Part shown: positions 13,101-23,285 of the stretch, piece by piece
Layout of the letters: each line of letters opens with the position of its first letter
Position numbering within the stretch: position 1 is the stretch's first letter
Origin: Amoebophrya sp. A120
Lineage: Eukaryota > Protista > Dinoflagellata
Direction: 5' to 3'
Length of the DNA stretch: 64,000 nucleotides
NCBI GenBank assembly: GCA_905178155.1
Contig: CAJINV010000007.1
Coordinates: 3,676,265 to 3,740,264 of the forward strand
The notes under the pieces: model-generated
Told to the model about the DNA's origin: nothing
The model's database searches: none
Seen by the model: the letters and a program-made list of their open reading frames with translations, nothing else
Program-made: the position numbers and the translations under genes

Positions 13101-13170
13101 TATCTCGCTGAAGGCCGCAAAATGTAGGATATTCAAAGAGGAGGGGGATCACGTGCTGGAGAACGGTTAA
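10163..13170 (+). CDS. BTB/POZ-BACK-SPRY domain protein (about 8 exons)
   Basis: Approximate exons 10163-10310, 10474-~10508, ~10773-10921, 11075-11150, 11482-11759, 12013-12272, 12430-12609, 12893-13170. BTB: LFDNAKLSDIKI, AQKAYLAAWSPVF, FLKFLYTGEI. BACK: FLGLDYD..VSSDELNAAEECVFEACMNWI, LLAHIRFPLM. SPRY-like: WKMRIE..CVVGV..GWGL and LFPCISL. Confidence 0.85.
12273..12424. mobile_element. Introner/MITE, family A, 152 bp, TSD GGACA
   Basis: Left TATGCATTGCAAAAGTGTCGCACTGGTA; right TACGAGTACGATACTTTCGCACAGGATA. GGACA at 12268-12272 and 12425-12429. Removal gives MALDISSPNF. Confidence 0.95.
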
Positions 13171-13882
13171 GCGGGGAAATCAGGACTTTCTGTTTCGACA
13201 ATACAGTGCGTTTCGGTTTTACTTAGTCAATACTCTTACTCTACTTATGCTTTAGCGGTGCTGCCGGCTGCAGCGTAGAAATTGACAACCTGCTGCTCCG
13301 CACGTTGTGTGCTAGCGCAGGTTTGTGCTACGCCTGCAGCTGTTGATGCAGACAAATTTTTTGGTCCAGACCTTGTTTGAACCTGTATGTAAAGATCTTT
13401 TGTTTCCTTGTTGACTTCACGAGAATAAAGTGAAAAAAGTAATGCTGCATTGTGGCGGCGGCCAACACAGCCTACGTTAGGAGCTGCAGGCAGCATCCTC
13501 GTCATATTGTGTGTTTCTACATCAGATCAGGATATATTTCAATTTCCAGGTCGTGGACGAAAATAACAGGGTGCGCTAGAGCTCTCCTTGCACAGCTTGC
13601 TCCCACAGAGCTTACGACAAGGATCGCCAAGATTTGCTATGCAATTGACCACGAAGTACAACTTTCATCTACATGCTTTGATCGTTTACGGTTGGTTTTC
13701 CAAAGTCGACGAGACTCAGTTGCACATGATCCTTGCTGCTCTTTTGTTTTTCTCGATCTAAAAAAAAACCCGCGACCGTTTGGTGTCGCCGGTGTAGCTA
13801 AGCAAAGTTCCCTCAATATTTTTTCTCGTGTATACATAATGATGTTTTTGATACAAAGTAGCGCACTTCTAACGATTTGAAT

Positions 13883-16800
13883 ATGCCCCCAATGGTACAA
13901 GATTTTATTCCGTTGCCTCGTCTTTTGTATTTCTTCCTCTTTGCCCCCTCAATGCGGACGTTTTTTCTGTTGCTTCTGGCAGAACCACAACTCGCCGAGA
14001 GCGGGAGCGGCAGAACCTCGGTGCAGCACGTTTCAGTTGAAGATTTGGAACAGAACCCGGAGTTGCAAGCCGAGATAGAAGCATTTTACGAAGAGACAAG
14101 AAGAAAAAAGGCAAGACAGAAGGAACAGAAAAATGGGAAGACGAGGACAACAACATCTGCAGAAACATCTCCGAATCCAGATCCACCTGTATCAGATTCA
14201 GACATAACTGCAAGAAGGCCCCACGCCAACAAGCTGTATACGACCCATTCCTGTGTCGCCGCGGGCAACTGTCTAGTCGAAAACCTTTGCCACGGAACGG
14301 ACGGGAGGTTCATTTACGTGAAATCGCCAGCGGCTATCTTCGATCGACCGCAGCAGGTCTACTACGACACGCGTTACTCCGGCGAGAAGCACTTCAAGGA
14401 GAGCAACAACACGGACGGCACCGTGAGTTTTGACCTGCGCAGCGCCGCGGGCATGACGGCCACCGGGTACCGACACTTTTTGACGAGCAGGGTTTTCGAG
14501 GACATACCCAGCGCCGCGATCTCGTCGCGACTCTACCACCCGATCCTGCACCCGCGCTTGCGCGACATGCGGATCATCGACGGCGTGGAGTTCGAGTGGC
14601 CAGAAAGTCGGGGTGGGATGGATTATTTGGCCGTTGAGGATAAAACTCGCCAGCAGGCGGGGGTGGTGGAGGCGGAAGGTAGCGGCGCCGCTACAACAAC
14701 CCTACCACGAGCTGGGTCTAACGTTGTTTCATCAAGGCCAAGATCTGCAGCCAAGCTGAAAAAATCTCCGAATGGTCTGCCTTATCCGTTTTGGCCGCCG
14801 GAACAACTGAACGAGGAGAAATCGGATAATTCTGATTCAGAAGAAGATTCCGAGCATGGAGCAGACAAATCTCAGTCGCGTCAGAAAGATGCTGTGCAGG
14901 TGATCATGGGCCGGCTGTGGCCCACCGATGCGGGACACACGATGATGGACAATATGAGTCCGATTTTCCGGGCCTTGAAGCAGTGGGACCTGTTAGATGT
15001 GGACGAGGAATCTGTGCCCATTTCCCCCTTTGTCGTTAACGATAGGGCGACTGGAGTAGACAGCATTCAGGGCGATGAAGTTTTTGAAGCTGATGAAGTT
15101 CATCTTTCCAACGCAGCACTAGCAGGAGATACAGACTCATCGTCTGTCGTACGAGAAGAAAAGGATGTTGAAGCCGAACACGACTACAGCGTAATCACCT
15201 CTCCTCCGGGAGACCACGATGAATCAAAACCTAATCCAGACGCCGCTGCTTATCCGAATCTTACCATCGAAAGCGACAACTACAGCTGTGGGGACAAGCA
15301 AGCCGCTCTCGTTGCGCGAGCGTTGCAGATTGCCGATGCGAAATTTATCGAACGGTCGGCGAAGGATAACTGCCCGGTTCTGAATACAACAGAGCAGTTG
15401 GGGATGGTGGGGAAATTTGTGAGAACGATGTTGAACAAGGAACCCGCCCCGGCGTCACCTGCAATATCGTCTTCTGAGACCACAACTGATGCAACAGCAG
15501 CTGCGGAGGACACAACAACACCAAGGAATACTGCTCCCGCCGGATCAGGACCTGCCTTCCTGCAAATGCACGTACCGAACGAGGACTTCGGAGGGCGGCT
15601 TCCCCCGTCCATGCGAAAATTCGAGGGCATGTACTACCAAACGATAGAAACAGAGGTGGACTCGTCAGCATCAGCACCAGCAGCTCGTCCGCTTTCCGAA
15701 ATTATTGCGTCACCCGCAAAAAACGGTGCAGGAAAAGTAACGGCTCCTGCACGACCAGCGTCATCAACATCGATGAATTATCCACACAAAACCCGCACCC
15801 TGCGCATTTTTTCCTCGCCGCATTTCAGCTTCCTCGACGCGCAGGCGATCGCGAAACGGGACGCAGAGCGCGAGCGGGAGAAGAACGCAGCGCTTGCCGG
15901 TAAGCCGGTCGCCGACCAGCCGGGACGCGACATGCGGTACGGTGGCTGCCGGGACGAGTGCGAGGCGCGGTTGCTGCAGGCGTTCACGGATGGCGATAGG
16001 GAGAGACTATCGAATCTCGACCATGATTTGCCGAAAGGAAAGTGCTTCCGGAAGGTGCTGATCGGGTGGCGGGGGATGCAGTTTTTCAACGTGTTTGATT
16101 GGCTTAGTCGGAATTCCGCTCCCTGGAGGTATCCTCTGCAAAAGTAATATCGTGCTTGTAGTACAACTAGAGTAGAAGTCAGTTTTGCAACACTGTATGA
16201 TCAACTCTGCAAGCTGTCTCGTTCAACATCAGAGAAAAAGTTACACTGCAATGTCATTTTCCACCACTTATCGAACAAAACAAGCACGATGCTTGTGCAA
16301 TGCATAGGAGGCATGATGTGTCGATTGGGAACAGTGCCGAGCAGCTGTTGGGGTTGCGTAATTACATGCTGGCAAAACACGGCCTGCTGGGAGATAAAAA
16401 GTTTATGGGTTTGTTGGAAAGGAGAAAACGAGTGAAAGTAGTTGTAGCTTCTTCTGCGAATTCGGAATCAAAAGGTTCAAATATTAAATCACAAAAAAAT
16501 CCTACTACCTCCTCCGCGGACAACCAGCACGCTGTTCTCGTCGACCGCTACAAGCCCTCGGTGCTTCTGCTCGTGAAGAAGGTCGGCCGCGGATCGGGCT
16601 ACAACTGCTGCCACTGGCAGGATCCCGAGCGGCTGCAGAGCCACTTGTTGAAGGCGTTTGACCACAAAATTTCCGTGCAGATTAAGTCCTGGGCGGGGAT
16701 GCCGATCGTGCAGCAGCTGTGGGTCATGGCGGAAACGGATCTGACGATCAGTTTTGCGGGCGCCGACGTGATGAATTTTCTCTTTTCCCCGCTCTATTCC

Positions 16801-18468
16801 GGCCTGATCTCACCCTACCGCTTGCGCAATAACAAGTGGGAACGCAGCTACGAAATCGACCGGCTGTGGGTAAATCTGCCGAACCGGTACCTCCAGCAGT
16901 TCGGTGTAAACGCCGTCCAAAAAACGGGGTTATCGACCCTACACGAGATGACCTCTTCGCACGGCCCGGATGGGAAGGTCGTGCAGAAGCCGGGGGCCAA
17001 CCAGGCCCTCCTCCTCGCGCCCTGGAGGCAGGAGAAGCCGCGGGGATTGGTGCGGCAGCGGATCGTCGCAAACTTGACGGTATGCAGATCATTTTTTTTC
17101 CTGTACACGTACAAAATGCAGCATCTTCACAAATTTCGCCAACTCAAAGAATGCCGCTTGGCATGCTGAGGTATGACCAAAGTTTTGTCATGCAGAAACC
17201 GCATGATAGATTCGCACGTGTGTGGGAAATTTTCCGTGGATAGACGGAGGGCACGGTGAACACGGAGAAAGCAAACTGGCCGAACATGGCCTTTTCGGAT
17301 CTGCTGATCAAGGAGATTTATCCTCTGCAAAAGTATTGCACTCGTGCTACTTGCGGAACGGCATGGCAGATCCTATCGAATTTTTATTTTTACATACACT
17401 TCTTCTGGAGAAAAAAATCTTCAAAAACAAAATGTTTATTATGCAATTTCTACTACCACTAGTGCGACTGCGATTCTTTTGCAATGCATAAGATTGAGCT
17501 GTACGTAGCGGAAGCGTTGGAATATATGACCGACCGAGGAGTTTCCTTCTACGAATTTCCGCACGCATTAGGGCGGAAAAGTTGGCAAATCACATCAAAT
17601 TTTCGCGCGCACATTTTCGGGGGGTAAAAAAGCTTTGTTTTGTGGGCATGTAGGGACTTCGCCGGCTGCTCTTGGCCATGCACATGGTGGCGCCACTCTT
17701 CGTCGTCAATGGCCACCGTCAGGCCCTTTCCTTTGTGGAGTGCAAGCTCAGCACTTTGCTCAACTTATTCAGGCCCGCGTCCTTCTGCAACGAACAGCAG
17801 CGCCCCCGCCACCCTATTCAATTCTGGATGCGCCGACCGATCGTCTTGTTTTCCCTCTGCAGCCGGATACTGCGAATGCGGGCGCGCCAACAATCAAGTG
17901 CTTCCGGGGGGGTGCCGAAGGGGGGGGGTAAGGGGGTCCGCATGGGCTGTCGCTGGGCTCCCATTTTGGGCCATGCCAAATCAGCAGCTTCCAATGGGGA
18001 TTTGGGGGTCGACAGAGGCTACCGAAAGGGTACCCGGAGGTGGTACCCGGAATGGGTGTCCGAAGGGGGCAAAAATGCACCCCCCTGACCACCCCCCCCC
18101 TGCCTGGCGAGCGCCCCCCCTGGGTTTCCTCTTCCTGGCGAGCGTCCTCGTTGTGGTCCGGTCCCGGAGGTGGCACAACCACTTCTCGAAGAGCGGGCCT
18201 ATTCAACATTGCCGGGCCATCTGAGCGACAACGCACAGCACTAAGGCGCTGCCGCCTGTTTCGTGTCTTGCTATGAAGGCCTTTCGAGAGCAGCCGAGCT
18301 ATCACGTTTCTCGTGGAACAAAAGATTAAGTGATGCTTTCCTTCTGTTGATTTTCGGGTGGTTGACTCCCGGACAAAAAAGAAAAAACTACCCCCCCCAA
18401 AGTGTGCGTTCGAACAGTTGATGTGATTTTCCAATTTTTCCGCCCTAAGCGCAGCCATGGCGTCATGA
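13883..18468 (+). CDS. Glycosyltransferase family 61-like protein with large low-complexity insertions
   Basis: Exons 13883-16129, 16312-17080, 17248-17318, 17496-17567 and 18454-18468 (the last only if the 881-bp element is spliced). N-terminal hydrophobic anchor. GT61-type motifs GHTMMDNMSPIF, CFRKVLIG and MPIVQQLWVMAETDLTISFAGADVMNFLFSP. Confidence 0.7.
16130..16306. mobile_element. Introner/MITE, family A, 177 bp, TSD GGAGG
   Basis: Left TATCCTCTGCAAAAGTAATATCGTGCTTGT; right ACAAGCACGATGCTTGTGCAATGCATA. GGAGG at 16125-16129 and 16307-16311. Removal joins ORFs 13877-16147 and 16300-17169 (PWRHDV). Confidence 0.95.
17081..17242. mobile_element. Introner/MITE, family C, 162 bp, TSD GACGG
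   Basis: TATGCAG... and ...TTTTCCGTGGATA termini with an imperfect TIR. GACGG at 17076-17080 and 17243-17247. Removal gives LTEGTVNTE. Confidence 0.9.
17319..17490. mobile_element. Introner/MITE, family A, 172 bp, TSD AGATT
   Basis: Left TATCCTCTGCAAAAGTATTGCACTCG; right CGACTGCGATTCTTTTGCAATGCATA. AGATT at 17314-17318 and 17491-17495. Removal gives KEIELYVAEALEY. No GT donor in any register of the TSD. Confidence 0.95.
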
Positions 18469-18715
18469 AGATTTGGAAGAGAGGAAGCTGCGACCGTCGC
18501 CGGTGATATTACCAAGGGAATTCTTCCCGCGGTGATAATTCTATTTACTTACATGCGGAAGCGTTGGAATATATGACCGACCGAGGAGTTTCCTTCTACG
18601 AATTTCCGCACGCGGCCATGGCGTCATGAAGATTTAATAGAAGAGAGGAAGCTACGACCGTCGCCGGTGATATTACCAAGGGAAGTCTGCCCGCGGTGAT
18701 AATTCTACTTACGTG
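17508..18715 (+). repeat. About 161-bp tandem duplication of the gene 3' end; the first copy is interrupted by the 881-bp element
   Basis: 17508-17566 is identical to 18555-18613 (59 nt). 18454-18554 matches 18615-18715 with a few substitutions and small indels. Confidence 0.93.
17568..18448. mobile_element. Non-autonomous TIR DNA transposon, 881 bp, 31-bp TIR starting TTAGGG
   Basis: Left TTAGGGCGGAAAAGTTGGCAAATCACATCAA; the right end reverse-complements to TTAGGGCGGAAAAATTGGAAAATCACATCAA (2 mismatches). Flanks ACGCA/GCGCA. GC-rich interior with G/C homopolymers and no transposase ORF. An empty site is present at about 18609-18617. Confidence 0.93.
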
Positions 18716-19264
18716 ACGGAGGGCTTGTTCGGCCTCGGCATTCTGTTGATGTTGTGTAGATTCTGTGTGTGCTGATCATGAAGTTGGGACTGCTTCATTT
18801 GTACTTGCTGATCATGCACGCTCTCCTGACGCTTCGGAAGATCGCGGTCGTGTGGTCCAGGACCATTCAACAGCAAAGGAATGAAAGCGCAAGCAAGCGC
18901 ATACTCTTGCCCTTGCACAAGGACCACAAGCAAAGACCTCCAGAGAGGGGTCCTGCATATGCTGGCACTCAGCTTCTTCTACGTGTTTTCCTCGCCCCTT
19001 GTTTTCTGTAGTACTCTCTCCAGATGTTCAGCATTGGAGCGCGCCTTCTATAATTCCCGTGCAATTTTGCATTTGCTTTTGCGCAATAAAGTGACAACTT
19101 GCATTACCGCCCTACCGCACGGAGGTGGGCAACCGATCCATTAGAAAGACAAGCCTAAAGCCATGCAGTAACATGTACGGGGCGAAGATTGGATCGACAT
19201 ATTAAACAGAAAGCCAGACTTCCAGCGAACACCTTGTGCTTGTCGTTGTCTGTCTCGAAACAAA

Positions 19265-22200
19265 ATGGCGCCCCGCCTTTGCTTCTTCTGCCTCGCGGCA
19301 GCGGTCCACGACCTCCTGGCCGGAGTACTTCTAGACCGCTCTACGACAACTTGTCTGGCCGCCTACACGGGTATGGTAGAACAACGACTCGAAAATCAAG
19401 ATCGTGACATTGACCAGGCTAGTTCCTCGTCTGCATCCTCCTCCTCTCGAACGGCTTCTCGACACCACCGGCCCGCCGCGACCGGCTGCCTTTTCGACCG
19501 CACCTGTGGCGGGACGCGATTCTCCGCACTGAGTGAGCACGACAGTGATGAAGACAACTCAACAAACCAGTGCTCCTCTGACAGTCTGCCGCGAGGACCG
19601 GAGCAGCGCAGCGCAGAGGGAGAAGATGCGCGCAGCCAGCAAGAAACAAGCTCGAAAGTAAAAAATTCTTCCGAAAAAGAAAATAAGGATGAGGAGCAGA
19701 TGAGCCAAAAACTCCATTGCGCGATATGCATGCTAGATCAGGACGAGGAAGATCAAAAGGAGGCGTGGATCACGCTCCCCAGCTGCGGCCACACCTTCCA
19801 CCTGGCCTGCGTCCGCCGCGTTGCGTTGGTGGGCGAGGAGGGGCAACTCCTGCCCACGGCCATGAATTTCCAACAGGCTGCGAAGATTCGGCGGTGCCCG
19901 ATGTGCCGAGAGGCTATTTCGCCCGAGGACTGCGCCGACATCGCGGACTGGGTGAACGAGCAACACGAGTTGAAAGCGGAAAGTGAGAAGCAGCTAGCGG
20001 AATTGCGAAAGAGTTTGCAAGGAAAAAAAGCCGCGCGGAGGAACGGCGGCAGTTCCAGATTGTCCTCGAAGAAGAGTAGGACCACGGGGCGGAGCAGTGA
20101 AAGAACGACGAGCGGTACACCTCGCGAAGATGTTGCTGATCAGAGGCAGTTACAGGTTCAATTCCGTGCTGAAGATGAAAATTCCGAAAATCAACAGACT
20201 TCACACGACCACGAATTTATTCCATATCGGCACATTTCGGACGTAGCCGCTTCAGCTTCGCAAAGACATGCTCCGCCTCCACCCACGCAGCAGGACAGCA
20301 TTAACAATATGCCAACGACGTCGCTGCTGGCCTCACGGTTCGCAGCCCGAGATGGCGAGAATCAACACCATCGTCGCAACTACAATTTTTATCCACTCGG
20401 ATCTCAGGGTTCGGGTTCCACTTCCTTATCCTTCCCGTTGAACTTGTCCCGTGGGACGACAGGTGGCACCTCCATTGGCGGAGGTGCAACAAGAGCTGGT
20501 TCTTCCGGCGCGTCTCTGACCGCGTCCGGTCGAAATTTGATGGAGAAGAGCTCTGGATCGCTGTGCAGCCGGGGGTCGTCCGGGGAGGATTCACAGCTCG
20601 AGCAGGAGCTGGCGCAGCTGCAGGACCGAAATGCGGATTTGCGCGCCAAACACTACCGGCGGCCACCCTGGTACTCCCTTGCTGGGATCAAGCGCTGGGT
20701 CTTGCACAGGTGCTTCGGCCGGCAGCGGCAGGTGGAGCATGACCTGGCAACAGCTGCAGCAGCACAGCAAAGGACAATGACGCGGGACGAATATTACGGG
20801 CAAATGGGCGCTTTCGACGCGAGCTTTCAACGGGCGCAGGACAGGGCCGCGGAGTACGATCGGAATCGGCAGCGGGAGTTGGAAGCGCGCAACAACTGCT
20901 GGAGCGATTTTTGGCCCGAGTATGACGACCGGTTTTCCTGTCTGGAGAACGGCATCATCCGTTTTTTTACCGTTCTGATCACCATCTTCAAACATCCGCA
21001 CTACATTCTCCTCGCGCTCTTCCTCCTTGCGGGATTCAACATGCAAAAAATGGGGCCGGAGTACGTGTGGGAGTCGGAGTGTATTCTCGCGGTAGCGGAC
21101 GACTTGCACCGGGCGGTGTTGGAGAATTCGTACTACACGCGAACAGGGTATCACTTCAAAACCTCCTCCGGCGGAGGAGCTGACGGTGCTTCGGCAAGCG
21201 CAGCTTTGACTCAACCCAGTATCATGCCCAATGACTTCCTGCTCACAGAAACCGACCTAGCGGAACGCTTCGCGCGCATTGGGGAGGAAATCGTAGAGCA
21301 AGCGACGTCGAGTGATCATTCTAGTACTAGCGGTGTAGGTACACCTTTCTCTCGTTCATCAACAGCGACTTCTGGTGAAGACAGTGAAGACATCAGTATG
21401 ATCCCTGCGGAGGTGCTAGAAGACGCTTTTGCGGCTTGGACCCTGTCGAAGCTCACTCCGGACGTGACAGAAAACCGGTTTGGGCACAGTCGCACCTGGT
21501 TCATGAGAAAGTATTCGGAGTTAAAAGCCCTTGCGAACAGTTGCGAACAGACGGGAGTCGTAGTCGAGGATGAAGTGAACGTCGCACGGCCCCGCTTTAA
21601 TAATCCGTTATGTGCCGAGAAGGAGCGATGGATAAAAGAGGTGCAGAACATCCCAATGCTGACGAAGTTGGAGTTTTACCAGCTGTTGCAATCCTTTCTC
21701 GCCGAGGAGGCGAAAAGGGAAGAAGAATTACAACGCCAGGGTTGGCGTGTGGTAGAGTCAACGTCCGAAAATGACCGACCGAGCACGGCAGCTGCGTCTT
21801 CCAGTGAGAATGGCGGGTGGCGGGTCGTCGAGCCGGCGGCGCTACCGATTGACGATAAAAAACTCCAGGGAACTGATAGCCCTAGACCAGTAAGCGACTC
21901 AGCCGCAGCATCGAATGATCTCAAGACGTCGTCTGAGAGCACTGCACTTTCCGACAAAATGCAAGAAGTTAGCCAATTTGGTGCCGTGGCGCGGCGGCTG
22001 CGGGGCTTTCTGCACGGCGGTGTGTCGTTTCTGCACGGGCGCCACGAACAGGAGTTGCGCAAATTCGGCAGCAGCAAGTACCTCCTCACCGCGTCCGACC
22101 TCTATCGTGCCATTGCCCATCTGCCGAGGGTGAAGCGGGAGATTCTCCGCCGCTGCCCCGTGGTGTTAGAGGATAGGAAGAAAAGCAAAAGCAGTAAAGC

Positions 22201-22444
22201 GGCTGGGCGACAGGAAGAGGAAGTGCTGCAAGGAGATGACCATGGCAGAGAACAAGCAGAGGTAGTGGATCAAGATGAAGCACCGCAGGAAAATACCTGG
22301 AACGAAGGCCCGAGCCCGGAAATCACGCTCGAATCTGCGGAGCACTACGCAGAGATGACCATGCGCCGCGAGGAACGGTCGACACAGAAGAGTCAGCTCG
22401 AGAACGTACCTGATCTGTTGCGGAAAGCGCGACTTCAGGGTTGA
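19265..22444 (+). CDS. RING-H2 E3 ubiquitin ligase-like membrane protein
   Basis: Intronless 1059-aa ORF. RING-H2 CAIC..LPSCGHTFHLAC..CPMCR. Hydrophobic N-terminus and an internal TM region (IIRFFTVLITIF..YILLALFLLAGF). Confidence 0.8.
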   Translation: MAPRLCFFCLAAAVHDLLAGVLLDRSTTTCLAAYTGMVEQRLENQDRDIDQASSSSASSSSRTASRHHRPAATGCLFDRTCGGTRFSALSEHDSDEDNSTNQCSSDSLPRGPEQRSAEGEDARSQQETSSKVKNSSEKENKDEEQMSQKLHCAICMLDQDEEDQKEAWITLPSCGHTFHLACVRRVALVGEEGQLLPTAMNFQQAAKIRRCPMCREAISPEDCADIADWVNEQHELKAESEKQLAELRKSLQGKKAARRNGGSSRLSSKKSRTTGRSSERTTSGTPREDVADQRQLQVQFRAEDENSENQQTSHDHEFIPYRHISDVAASASQRHAPPPPTQQDSINNMPTTSLLASRFAARDGENQHHRRNYNFYPLGSQGSGSTSLSFPLNLSRGTTGGTSIGGGATRAGSSGASLTASGRNLMEKSSGSLCSRGSSGEDSQLEQELAQLQDRNADLRAKHYRRPPWYSLAGIKRWVLHRCFGRQRQVEHDLATAAAAQQRTMTRDEYYGQMGAFDASFQRAQDRAAEYDRNRQRELEARNNCWSDFWPEYDDRFSCLENGIIRFFTVLITIFKHPHYILLALFLLAGFNMQKMGPEYVWESECILAVADDLHRAVLENSYYTRTGYHFKTSSGGGADGASASAALTQPSIMPNDFLLTETDLAERFARIGEEIVEQATSSDHSSTSGVGTPFSRSSTATSGEDSEDISMIPAEVLEDAFAAWTLSKLTPDVTENRFGHSRTWFMRKYSELKALANSCEQTGVVVEDEVNVARPRFNNPLCAEKERWIKEVQNIPMLTKLEFYQLLQSFLAEEAKREEELQRQGWRVVESTSENDRPSTAAASSSENGGWRVVEPAALPIDDKKLQGTDSPRPVSDSAAASNDLKTSSESTALSDKMQEVSQFGAVARRLRGFLHGGVSFLHGRHEQELRKFGSSKYLLTASDLYRAIAHLPRVKREILRRCPVVLEDRKKSKSSKAAGRQEEEVLQGDDHGREQAEVVDQDEAPQENTWNEGPSPEITLESAEHYAEMTMRREERSTQKSQLENVPDLLRKARLQG

Positions 22445-23285
22445 AGCGATGCGGTGGGAGGAGCATGTGGCCTCAAATTAGGCGGGAAATTTCGAACTTA
22501 TTTTCTAGTAGGTTGCTTGTAATTAATAGGCGGCAATCGATATCGAGGTTGCTTCGAAAACTAAAAGACGCATCGGTCGTTCATAACGAGTGCTCTCTCA
22601 ACTCGAACTGATATTTTTGTTGTCTGCTTCAACTAAAAAAAAAAAATGAGAATTATTATAGTCATTGCATGGATCGATTGGCGTGGCCGTTGTCCTGGTC
22701 CCGCACAATTAGGCCAGCGTCGCATTTTCTAACTTTTATTGTCTGAGAATACACAAAGAAGTCGTGAAGACAAATTTTCAACTTTTTGATGTCTGCGATA
22801 CTGAAAGTAAAGCTGAAAATGAGTATGAACTGGAACTCAACTGTAGAAACAAACCTGCTGCAACATGCAAGTACTAAAGTCAGGCGCGGGGCGGGAGCAG
22901 ACATAGCTGCCAGCCTGGAGCCTTGCTGGACGGGAATTACATCGGCGTGAAACCTTTGCGAATGCTTCGCTACCCGGTCGTCGGCTGGGAAAGGATTTCT
23001 AGTAGTACTTTTTCCTTCTGCATCATACGAATGCGTTTGCTATGTGCTGTAAGTGGTAGTACTAGAAGATGTTGCTCATGTCATCTACAACTGAGTGTGA
23101 GACGAGCAGAATGAGAGCAGAAGCGCTATGAGTCAGGTGTGCTGTAAAAATATGTGACAATGTGCACCAGCTTCCAGCGTATTAAGATATCTTGACGATG
23201 AGCCACGATTTCCCTTCAACGAGAAGCACGAAATCGAAGAAGCGCAAGTGGTCGTTATTTCCGCGGTCGCTCCGACGAAATCAAA

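Noticed and set aside
17568-17573. TTAGGG as a telomeric sequence
   Set aside because: It is a single hexamer forming the tip of a TIR, not an array.
17635-18515. ORFs inside the 881-bp element as a transposase
   Set aside because: Short GC-driven ORFs with no recognisable DDE, HTH or zinc-finger motif.
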